Shown: piece by piece, positions 36,701-45,702 of the stretch
Layout of the letters: each line of letters begins with the position of its first letter
Numbering within the stretch: position 1 is the first letter of the stretch
Origin: Catajapyx aquilonaris
Taxonomy: Eukaryota
DNA: 53,533 bases
Direction of reading: 5' to 3'
Assembly: GCA_000934665.2 (NCBI GenBank)
Contig: KZ538768.1
Span: 124,001-177,533 of the forward strand
Position numbers and translations under genes: made by a program
Notes under the pieces: generated by a model
The model's input: only the letters and a program-made list of their open reading frames with translations
The model's database searches: none
What the model was told of the DNA's origin: nothing

Positions 36701-38783
36701 TTCGGTTCTTTTTCCATCCCTGTTCACAAGTGTTGAGGAAGCCAGGGAAACATTGAAAGGATTAGCTTTTTTATATTCCACTAGTTATCAGTGCAGTAAG
36801 GGAAAGTTGCGTGCTGAAAATTATGAGTACAAAAGTGCTGTGAAGTGATCCAGGTACCCTTGCACCTGCAGGGATGGGCAGTATTTAAATACTTTTTGGT
36901 ATTTAGGGATGTATTTATAACTACATCGGTTCTCCTGTATATTTAAATACTGTATTTCAATACATTTCTGAGTATCTAAATACAGAAGTAGGTATTTAAA
37001 TACATATCTTAAATACTTTCCCTAATTCCCTTTCTATTTATATTAGCATAAATCTTAATTCGGAAACCAAGATCTGCTGAAACCTAATGGAGTTGGTGAG
37101 AGGGGAAACCCCCCAAGTCTAGCAGTACTGCTAGACCGTGGGAATTTTTTTTTGGGTGTGGGATGACTCATGGGTGTATGAATCATCAACCTGCCATCCA
37201 CTTCCTGCACTCACAACTCACAAGCTTGTGAACAGGTACTGCAGTGTGTACAGGAGTGGCAGAGTGGCAACAGTGTGGCTGCATGTGTGGGCCTGTGGGC
37301 CTGCGGTGGGCTTTCGTCCCTCGCCGCCACATTCCATGTCCACAAAAATGTATTTGAAATCAATGAAATGTATTTACAAAAGTATCTAAATACTTTTGGT
37401 GTATTTAGTATTTAGTATCTAATTACTTTCTTATTCAGTATTTAGTATTTAATTACATTTTTTTGCAGTAGTTCGTATTTAGTATTTAATTACATTTTTT
37501 TTGCAGTAGTTCGTATTTAGTATTTAATTACATTTTTTTGCAGTAGTTCGTATTTAGTATTTAATTACATTCAAGTATTTAGTGCCCATCCCTGTGCACC
37601 TGAATCAATGAGTCAGGCTAAACTAGGGCACAGGGGTTTTCAGTTACTTTATTTTTGTACGTTGTAAGGGTGCTGGGGACTGATTCTCAAGGATTTATCA
37701 GTTCGTCAGTCCGAATTTAATATAGCAGAGCAGCAGGTCCAATTTTTGTAAATAATTTGTGTAACTTGTACAAAAACAGTTATTTCTTCCACAGACAGGC
37801 TTCAGCAGGCATTCTTATCACATGGATGGGAAAGGAAAGCCCAGAGGCATTCTTGCCTCATTAGTGCCAGTACTTCCGAAATATGACTCTGCTGATGACT
37901 GCGTAACAACTTATGTCACCTCCCCTTCGGACATGTGGGTCCACATGTCAGCAAATGAAGATATTCTGGCTGCTGTCTCCAATGAGCTGAGGTCCATCTG
38001 CCCTATTCTGAATCCCCTAGAGCCACACACCATTGAGAAGGGATTAAAAGTTGCAATGAGGTGTGAGGACAAGTGGTACCGGGCTCAAGTGGAGTCCTGC
38101 TACTTACAAGTACGTCTGCTGGAATATGGCTACAGCACTGCAGTACCTCTTGAAGATGTGGTTAAGTTGCCTGCTGAGTGTCAGGAGCTGCCTCCATTGG
38201 CTACTCACTGCAGCCTTGGAGGCGTGCTGCCTGTAGACGTGGAGAAAGGCTGGGACCAGGAAACCAAGATTTTAGTGGAGAAGTTTGTTAGTGAGCCTGG
38301 TCTTCAGGTTACGCATCTGGGACTGGTGAATATGAGCTTATAGATTCATAGTGTGCATGAATTGCATGCCACAAAACTGATATGTGAAAGCAGTCGTCTC
38401 ATTTACACAAGGCGGTATGAGCCATTTGACAGCTTTGCATTGCAATAAGGTAATGTTTTCTGGCCCAAATGTCCTCATTGCAATTTGCAGATGTGCCTTA
38501 TTCCTGTTGGATGGCATTGCAGGACATGTTCCCTTGGAATAACATTCAACTGTCATCCATACTGTAGGCCTACAATTAAGATAACATGACCCCCTCAAAC
38601 CATGGGAGTGATTGACCTAGTTTACACCCAACCAGACAGCTATTCATGCAAATTTCTAGGAATGTTGATGTTGCAATAAATAGAAAAAGAGGTGGCAAAG
38701 ATTCTTCCATCTGCATCGGCTCAAGATAGACTTTAATTCATTCTTTAATCATTCTTTCATCATTCTTTCACGTCAATAACGAA

Positions 38784-38814
<31 letters not shown>

Positions 38815-41800
38815 TTGCTGATCCCTCCTGAAATGAAGGAAAATATTATTCTTGAATAGTATTCAAGTCAATTTTATTTGTGGAAAAGATACATGTTACC
38901 TCCGTGATGATAACATATATGTTCAAGTGACGTAATTAAGTTTCACTCTGTCATAATTTTAAATGTGCTTTTTGTGTAACTGATTCATTTCTTTGTCACT
39001 GTTTCTTGAGACCAGTCATGTGAGTGTGGGCATTTACTTAAATATATTATTTGCCTAATGAGCTGCATTGTGGCATTTTTGCGCCTAGTTTCAACTAGGA
39101 AGGCCTTTTCTTCCCATAATGCGCGATTAATATTAAATAGCTGTGAAAAACTAATATTATTAATGAATGTTGCAATGGAAGAAATTTCTGTGGTTTGTTC
39201 TTTCATGTGATGCAGCAATGTTAATCAACATGGCATTTTCAGAGAGAGGGAAGACCCCTGATCAAGTTGTATGATGTGAGAGGCGAGAGTTTGGCAGACA
39301 TGCTGATCAAGAAAGGCCACGCCCAGCCATTTGAACCTGAGACAATGCCTGATTTGACAGAGGTTGTTGGCTCCTGGCTGAAGAAAGGGATGGAGCTACA
39401 TGGAGCTATCAAAGTGGTGGATATACAGGGAGGCCGACCCATGTGCATAATATCTTCCGAGGGGAAGGAAATTAAGTGCAGCCTGGATTCATGGGTAAAG
39501 CATATGGGAGAGTCAGCAGCTCCACAAGACAAAGATGAAGTCCATGAGACTGGCTTCGAAGCAGTTGCCGGGGCCAATGGAACTGACCAACACTTGGGCC
39601 CGCAAGAAACATTTAGCAATACACGGTATTTATTTAATAAAATAATTAGAGTTAATGATGTGGACAATTTTTAGGCCTTGAGTGACTGACTCACACTGAC
39701 TCCTTGCCAGGGATTCCTGCTGTACTAGGGTGTCATTGGGTTTGCAAACAATTTTGTATGGTTCTGTCCTTGGTTCTGTCTATCAGCTTGTTTGATTTAA
39801 GTAGAAAAATTTATTGAGCTTTAATCTTCATTGATCAAGTTGCCACGTCCTCCTTTTCTTTATCATCGAATTAGGTGGTATGGTGGTGCAGTGCTAAGGC
39901 CACAGACCCTTGAGATCCTAAGTTTGATCCCCCAATTTGGACAGAGGATTTTCTGATGTGGAATTTTTCAGTGGCTTCTTTCTGTTGGGCCTCAAAATAA
40001 GAATTCCTATGAGGCTAAACCTTACAGTACAAGCATAAGAGTGAATCTTGTGATGACTCTTTATTTATTATATGTAGCATGTCTGTCATCTTACTGATTG
40101 AACCAAATTATGATAATTATAAAATCATTAGATGATATGATTTAAATTGAAATCATTTCAGGAAGCCAACAAGAGATGACAGTGTACTCTACATTAAAGG
40201 ACTGCCACCACATTTTACTGAGGTATGTTTGGGATATGAAATGTAGTCTGGTATATATTTTAACTAATCCTTACACCAGACAATCACCCAACCTTTCTCT
40301 CCCACCTTCCTAGACTCAAATCCCTGGGCAGAGGAGAATTGGAATATGGACCAGGGTCTAATGGCCCTGAGGCTTTCCTGGATATTTTTTCTGATAACTA
40401 CATATTCCCATAGAGGGGTAGCCAGTGGTGTCCAGGTATTTCCTGACCTCCTCGTTAAGACGATATCTGAATAGGTTAATAACTGTAGTGGTTGAAAACT
40501 GAAAACGGTTTATCTTTTACTTCCATCATTGATATCAAGAATTGTTGGCACCCAGGTAGAGATCTGGAATCAGGCTCTTGCGTGATATATGGCATGAATT
40601 TTTAATTTAATGAATCCGTACTTGTGCAATTTGGATGTCAATAATTGAGGAGAGATTTTTACATTTTGAGATGGGTAGCTAGTAGGTGATGCACTTTCTA
40701 TGGACACCAGTGTATGTTAAATTTAAAATATTCCTCTCATATTAAAACTAAAAACTAAAAAATAAGGAAGATACCCAGTTCCCATCCTCAATCAAAATTA
40801 TAGTTATTGTCATTTTTCCACTCAATTTCCACATATCTTCAAGGCTCCCAAAAAATGCCAAAAAAATGTCTCTTCAAGGTCAAGCCCAAGGTTAGGCAAG
40901 TGGTCCGAGACATGACACCTGTGCTACAGTTGTCCTCCAACTCAATGCTTCTTAGTTCTAGTATAGAATATTATACCTGGTCTCACAAAATAATAATATT
41001 CCCATTGTCAGGCAAGGATGATGTACTGACCCTTACCTGTTACTCTGTACATTGTTTGCCAAACCTTGGCCAAACAAAGGAAGAGGGCTGGAGATGATAC
41101 TTTTTCTCAGAATTTGATTATCAGCTGAAAATTCCTATGTACTGTTTCATAATTTAGCTCACATCAGATCTGCAGCAGTTGAAATGTCACGAACTTTTCT
41201 GTGCCAAGATGGTATCCCTGGGCCTTCCAAATTTTAGTTGGTCCAGAAGAAACAAATGTTCACCCTCCCGACATAACCACTTAGCAACCTCCCCCACCTC
41301 CCCCTCTCTCCTTTCTCCTTTCTGTTCTTGTCAAGTTGCCTTCAACACTTGTGGGCTTACCAGGTATTTTTGCAGATACAGATGTGAACTACATTATGAA
41401 ACTTGTTTAGGTTATGATCAAAATGCACTCTAGATTCGTGGTAGAAGTTTTCTTTCTCTCTCTCTCCCTCTCGGTTGAAATATTGCTATTTCAATTTGCC
41501 ATTGAGCTGCATGCATTTCTTGTCCCCTACCTGCATAATCATAACTAAACTGAAAAGCATGCTAAAATGCCATTGTTATTTTTATCACACAGGACGAAAT
41601 CATGAGGCTCTTTGAGAAGATAACAGCCTACAGACCTTGTGGCATTAAAAAGGGCCTTACTGGGCTGTGGTGCTTTTTATTCTATGAAACTCCTCAGGAA
41701 GCACAGGAGGTCCGTAAGATGATGAATGGCTATCGTCTGGACAATATTTCGAATCCCTTGTTTGTTGACACGAAGCGGACCAAGTTGATCAGAGGGAATG

Positions 41801-44800
41801 ATGGGAACCCCAAGGAGCATAGCAATGAGCCTTTCTGCACAGTTAAGAATGATAGTTGGCACTTGCTAAAGTCACATGACATGCTGCAGAAGGAAAAGCA
41901 ATCAGGTATTGTGGAACCTGTGCAAGATACTATGGATATGCCAATATCAGAGAGTGAATCCATGTCCACTACTGCTGACAACCTCTTTGAGGCTGAAATG
42001 GCTACACCACAAATGCCAGCACCTCGAGGAAAGGCTGTGAGTGGCGAACAGTACCCAGCTCAAGAGAGCTTTCTTCTGCAAGTGAAACCTGATGCAGACC
42101 TGCAACTGGTGGTGACTAAACCACGTAAGGTTGGATCTTTCCCAGCCACATTGAAACAAACAGAAAGCATGGCAATTGGTGAGGCTACTGTTGAAATAAA
42201 TGAGATTGCTCCCACCTTGCCTCAGTACTATCCTTCACCAGGAGAAGTGGTGTTTGCAAAATCTGCAAGTGGCGGCTGGAATAGGGCCTATGTCAAGTGT
42301 GCCGCAGATGATGAAAAGTTCCTAGAAGTCATATATGTGGACTTCTGTTGTGATGGAAAAGTGAAGGAGGTAGTGGCCATGCCTGACAAGTACAAGAAGT
42401 TACCAGGACTGGGTGTTCAATGTACACTAGAGGAAGAAGCTCCATGGATTGAAAAGGGCGTTTTGCAAGTAAAGGTGCTGGAAGTGAGAGGAAATGGAGC
42501 AGAGTTGCTATGCCTCTTGTCCATGGAGAGCAATGAAGTGAGGGCCATCATGACCCCCTGGAACTATGAAATAGGATGCCAAAACAGGCCTACCGAAGAG
42601 GATGTCACGGTACACATCATTGGTGATGAATCCAAGGAAGGCAGCTTATCTCTGGAGAGTTCATCACAGAATGAAAGGTACTGTATTTGTTGTTATTTTA
42701 ACTTCTGAGGGTGGGAGGCAAATTAATGTAGTCAGTAGTGCACTGCCACATTTTGAATCAGTCATCTCATTAGGTTATCTGACTTCCACAATTTAGCATC
42801 AGTTGCATGATCGATGGTAAATCTAGAACAAGTTATTAAAACATTAGGCTGAAGCACTTGTTCTGAATTTTCCTTCAGCATTTTAGTGATATGTAGTCTG
42901 CTTCTTTTGGGCAATTGAGTGCGGAAGATCCAATCAGATCCAACTTTTCAGGATATCAGGGCCAAGTTCAATTAGCATAGATTTTTTTGGTGCCTTATTA
43001 TTTACTGTATGAGCAGGTTTGCATTATGTTTTTTCGTATAGCTCATGCCCAATAATCCCTTTATAATATGCCATGTTTTGTGTCATTGGACTACAAATAC
43101 CATGGACTGACATTCTTCTTTTCATCATAGAGAGTTAACTCAGAAGAAACAGTTGCAAGTGTCCCATGGTGGGTTCAGACTGAGCTTTATGTCACCACAA
43201 TTTAACTCGCACCATGATGAGGAGAGGGACAAGGGAGAAGGAGGAGACTTCCTGGATAAGAACGGACAAAGCACTCGTGGAACGTCAAGCCAAGCGAGTG
43301 TGCTGGAGAACAGAGAGGCTAGGAATCTGTATGATGAGAAGAGCTTTAAGCCCTGTAATAGTGAAGGGTCAATCGAGGAAAAGCCTTCGGTAAATAAAGA
43401 AACATTGAATACACAATTTATTGTTTTCAGAGGCTGAGTATTTCTGGATTAGCATGCTTAGGGTGAACATGTGGTGAGTGCAACAATAGCGAGATTGAAA
43501 ACCCATTTTCTTTTCAGGAGTCAGATTTACCCTTTTGGTGCAGCTCTGCAGATGGCAGAGAGGTTGGATGCCTGGCTGACACTGGGACTGTTCCACATGG
43601 TGAGACTAGGCTCTCATTTTTCTTTAGAACTGATACATTTGATTAATAAGCGGCATGCATTGGCAGTTTTAAGTCCATACCCACTGGTTCACGATGTACT
43701 TGGCAGGCAATAACGCTTTCCAAATTTTTGGGCCACTCATGTAGCGATAAAGGTAGGAGGACACACATTACGTGCAGGATGTAGAAAAATTCTGGGACCA
43801 ACATAAACTGCAAATGATGACTTTGGCCATATTTCATAAGACACTTGAGAATCATGACAACAGTGGAAATGTAGTAGTGTATTTTGTCTTAATTTTTGTA
43901 TGCAAGCAATATATTTTGTAACACCTAATGTGGTTAAAAATTTTTTTTCTCTAGATCATAAAAAATTTAAGTTACTGGGAATTATCCAAGTCATGTGTGT
44001 TTCAGATGTTAACTGACATTCACATTGATGGAAATGTGGATGCCTACTCCTCTCCACTTTAAAGTTTGCTGTGAGGAATTCATACCCAAACGGCCCAAAT
44101 GAACTTGTTGCAATGTGCAGATGTTCCTTTTCTGGGTGGGACAGCAGTGTAGTTGTGAACTTATTCTCTACTAGTACTGCCTTACAGAGTTACAGAAAGG
44201 TCATCACCAAAGAATCTGAACTTCCACTCATATTGGCCTTGCTATTGATTAAGATACTGGTAGCTTACAAGAAATTGCATTGTGTAATTTTTATGTCACA
44301 CTATCCATACTTTTGGGTAAGGCATGTGAAAGTACAGATTTGACTTCTCTTACGCAGAAAATGGCGATACGACTCGGAAAGAACCACCAAGAGCTGACAA
44401 TGAAGTGGCCTCCCACATGCTGAGTGATGCATCATGCACTCGTGCCTCTGAAAAGCTGGTATGTTCTAATGGGAAGGAGGCAAATGTGAAGCTGGCAGAT
44501 GTCAGTTACAATACACTATGCCACTGATCAACCTAATGCAGCAATTTAGATAAACACTAATTTACATTTCTGGCAGGCACACCTCTTGGACTTTCCATCT
44601 TCAGCTGAAATGGTGTTACTGGGCAACATGGCTGCCTACTGCGAGGAGATTGGGAGTTTGATGAGTCAGCTGCCAGACTCCTTAGGTGACATGAATGATG
44701 TCAATGATTATGTCAGGAAGGCTGCTTTGGAGACAGGTGAGGAGCCGGCAGGAAATTACAATGAAATGACACCAACCATGGAACTGGATGAAGCAAAAGG

Positions 44801-45702
44801 TGTCAGCCGTGATGCTTTGCAGGTAATAATTTGTTATAGGAATACAAACACTCAGTCTTCTCTAGATGCCATAATTGGCTGCATAATTGGCTGCATGTTT
44901 GAATAAGAGTTTGTTATTATGGATTGATCACACTATGAATGGTCAAATGATGCTTCAGAATTTCATCGAACTCAGATCATTCAGTGTGAAATGGGCACAA
45001 ACAGCATCACATTGCCTTTTTTGTTTTTATTTCCAGCATAATGAAACTGCAGGCATCTTGCACAGCTCAGATGGAAAGGGCATGAATGGCTCTGAGGAAG
45101 GGCGTGCATCTGATCCAGAGTCCAACCGTTTTGCTCACATGAAGCACATGGAGATGGACCACCAATGTTTGTCTCATTTCCAAGGATTGGGAAGCAGCCT
45201 GTGTCAGGTGACACCTGGGCACCAGATGAAGGTCATTGTCACAAGATCCCTTACCACTGAGGCCTTCCTTGCCACTGTCATATCATCTATGGATGTCTTC
45301 AATTACACAGCAGAGCTGGATGTAGTTGCGCACAACTTACCGCGATGCAAGCCATTACCGATGACCATCATGCTTGCAAAGGTACCAGGGACATCCTGGA
45401 AGCGTGTGTATATCCAGAAAGTGGATGGGGAGTTGATGGACGTTCTGGTGATTGATAGTTGCAAAGAGGAGGTGATGAAGGGAGCAGAGGTAGCTGAAAT
45501 CCCTGTGGAGTTCAGGAGGTTACCAGGGCACGGGGCCAGGTGTGATCTAAAAGAGAAGGTCACCTGGATGGAAGGGGTGATGGTCGGTGCTCGGGTGGTG
45601 AACAGGAGCGAAAACCACGACCTGTTTCACTGCATCCTTCGCTACAATGGGAGGAAAGTGGAGGGCACATTTGCTCCATGGCATAGGGGCCTGCAGGAGT
45701 AA
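23390..45702 (+). CDS. RRM + multi-Tudor protein, gene 2 (chimeric paralog; could be annotated as two genes split near 36.5 kb)
   Basis: Phase-consistent exons: 23390-23398(ATG GAA AGG), 23702-24232, 27935-28317, 29105-29165, 31091-31594, 32192-32325, 34710-34770, 35305-35595, 35667-35740, 35952-36006, 37795-38325, 39243-39625, 40162-40222, 41593-42677, 43131-43389, 43518-43599, 44358-44458, 44577-44822, 45037-45702(TAA); 5517 nt, open. One intron crosses the N gap. Confidence 0.6.
23702..24232 (+). CDS. gene 2 exon A: extended Tudor
   Basis: ccacag/gtgagt; TYVTSPSDMWV..KWYRAQV..LLEYG..LPPLATHCSL. Confidence 0.85.
24715..26068. mobile_element. Foldback DNA element with internal ~275-bp subrepeats (Academ-like termini)
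   Basis: tag|TAGTCCGGA...TCCGGACTA|tag; ~550-bp near-identical inverted arms; absent from the paralogous site near 38833. Confidence 0.85.
26548..26591. mobile_element. hAT-like terminus running into the gap
   Basis: CAGTGGTTCTCAAACT followed by a G-run. Confidence 0.5.
26592..26609. other. Assembly gap (18 N)
   Basis: N run. Confidence 1.
27935..28317 (+). CDS. gene 2 exon B: Tudor end + orphan C-terminal module
   Basis: tttcag/gtattt; LIKLYDVRGESLADMLIKKGHA. Confidence 0.8.
28802..29016. mobile_element. hAT-type MITE
   Basis: CAGTGGTT..CAAC / GTTG..AACCACTG; 8-bp TSD tgctagca/tgatagca; empty paralogous site near 40075. Confidence 0.85.
29105..29165 (+). CDS. gene 2 exon C: RNP2-type exon with no downstream RRM body
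   Basis: tttcag/gtacgt; DDSGLHIKGLPPHFTE. Confidence 0.65.
30339..30644 (-). mobile_element. Possible solo LTR
   Basis: TGTCA...TGACA ends, TATA-like cttatataag and polyA-like signal on the minus strand; no clean TSD. Confidence 0.35.
30805..30980. mobile_element. pogo-like MITE
   Basis: ta|CAGTAAAACCTCGATAT...ATATCGAGGTTTTACTG. Confidence 0.8.
31091..31594 (+). CDS. gene 2 exon D': extended Tudor (copy of gene 1 exon D)
   Basis: ctttag/gtgagt; EFEDEWYRAKV..YVDYGN. Confidence 0.85.
32192..32325 (+). CDS. gene 2 exon E'
   Basis: Paralog of 2550-2686 with a 3-nt indel. Confidence 0.75.
32725..32880. mobile_element. PIF/Harbinger-like hairpin MITE
   Basis: GGCCGGGTTGCACCGGCTCCCGGAAAA... nearly fully palindromic. 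Confidence 0.75.
32884..33027. mobile_element. PIF/Harbinger-like MITE
   Basis: aggtgcgtttac / gtaaacgcatct TIRs. Confidence 0.55.
33688..34549 (-). mobile_element. SINE family 1 with an expanded (ATT)n tail and an internal partial duplication
   Basis: Head ..gcttcggt at 34549; TSD tttgtgagg at 33675-33683 and 34551-34559. Confidence 0.8.
33758..34100 (+). mobile_element. tRNA-derived SINE, family 2 head, inserted in the (AAT)n tail
   Basis: A box tggccgagatgg, B box ggttcgatcc, A-tail, TSD agtaata. Confidence 0.8.
34710..34770 (+). CDS. gene 2 exon F': RNP2
   Basis: tttcag/gtaagt; ETALFITGLSPTKTK. Confidence 0.7.
35305..35595 (+). CDS. gene 2 exon G': RRM body
   Basis: ctgcag/gtgact; paralog of 7995-8279. 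Confidence 0.8.
35667..35740 (+). CDS. gene 2 exon H': linker
   Basis: Paralog of 8351-8424. Confidence 0.6.
35952..36006 (+). CDS. gene 2 exon I': degenerate RNP2 exon with no downstream RRM body
   Basis: tttcag/gtaagt; TTDHRASFMTNIPKHSNE. Confidence 0.6.
36028..36239. mobile_element. Tc1/mariner-type MITE
   Basis: Perfect 31-bp TIR cacccgcgagcataaagatggagacggcagg, TA TSD; absent in gene 1 near 8715. Confidence 0.9.
36869..37594. mobile_element. hAT-type MITE
   Basis: CAGGGATGGGCA/TGCCCATCCCTG TIR, perfect 8-bp TSD tgcacctg, subterminal gtatttaaatac repeats; empty site at ~23500. Confidence 0.92.
37795..38325 (+). CDS. gene 2 exon A': extended Tudor
   Basis: Near-identical to exon A, same 531 nt. 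Confidence 0.8.
39243..39625 (+). CDS. gene 2 exon B'
   Basis: Near-identical to exon B, same 383 nt. Confidence 0.8.
40162..40222 (+). CDS. gene 2 exon C': RNP2
   Basis: tttcag/gtatgt; DDSVLYIKGLPPHFTE. Confidence 0.75.
41593..42677 (+). CDS. gene 2 exon: RRM body + Tudor
   Basis: acacag/gtactg; DEIMRLF..WCFLFYETPQEAQ..MNGY..PLFV; PSPGEVVFAK..GWNRAYV..YVDF. Confidence 0.85.
43131..44822 (+). CDS. gene 2 low-complexity linker exons (43131-43389, 43518-43599, 44358-44458, 44577-44822)
   Basis: Four GT-AG exons whose phases chain 2-0-1-0-0 with no stop; no recognisable domain. Confidence 0.55.
45037..45702 (+). CDS. gene 2 terminal coding exon: Tudor
   Basis: ttccag acceptor; LAKVPGTSWKRVYI..LVID..LPGHGARCDL..APW; TAA. 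Confidence 0.8.
   Translation, partial: HNETAGILHSSDGKGMNGSEEGRASDPESNRFAHMKHMEMDHQCLSHFQGLGSSLCQVTPGHQMKVIVTRSLTTEAFLATVISSMDVFNYTAELDVVAHNLPRCKPLPMTIMLAKVPGTSWKRVYIQKVDGELMDVLVIDSCKEEVMKGAEVAEIPVEFRRLPGHGARCDLKEKVTWMEGVMVGARVVNRSENHDLFHCILRYNGRKVEGTFAPWHRGLQE

Larger units (their letters stand above)
36731..40315 (+). repeat. Segmental duplicate II, copy 2
   Basis: Begins tgttgaggaagccaggg, ends tcctagac. Confidence 0.9.

Noticed and set aside
37437..37570. Regular short direct repeats resembling a CRISPR array
   Set aside because: Identical ~38-bp tandem units with no unique spacers, inside a hAT MITE, in a eukaryote
23369..40315. Duplications as an assembly artefact (tandem haplotigs)
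   Set aside because: Copies differ by many TE insertions, amino-acid changes and targeted ATG/GT loss, and join in frame; not fully excluded because of the N gap
43430..43474. Extra mini-exon (ttttcag...atgtg|gtgagt)
   Set aside because: Flanking introns would be only ~40 nt, and the frame is already consistent without it
1430..45702. Gene symbol vret or Tdrd1/Tdrd10 for the Tudor genes
   Set aside because: Domain content is suggestive but no MYND finger is seen and orthology cannot be established without a search
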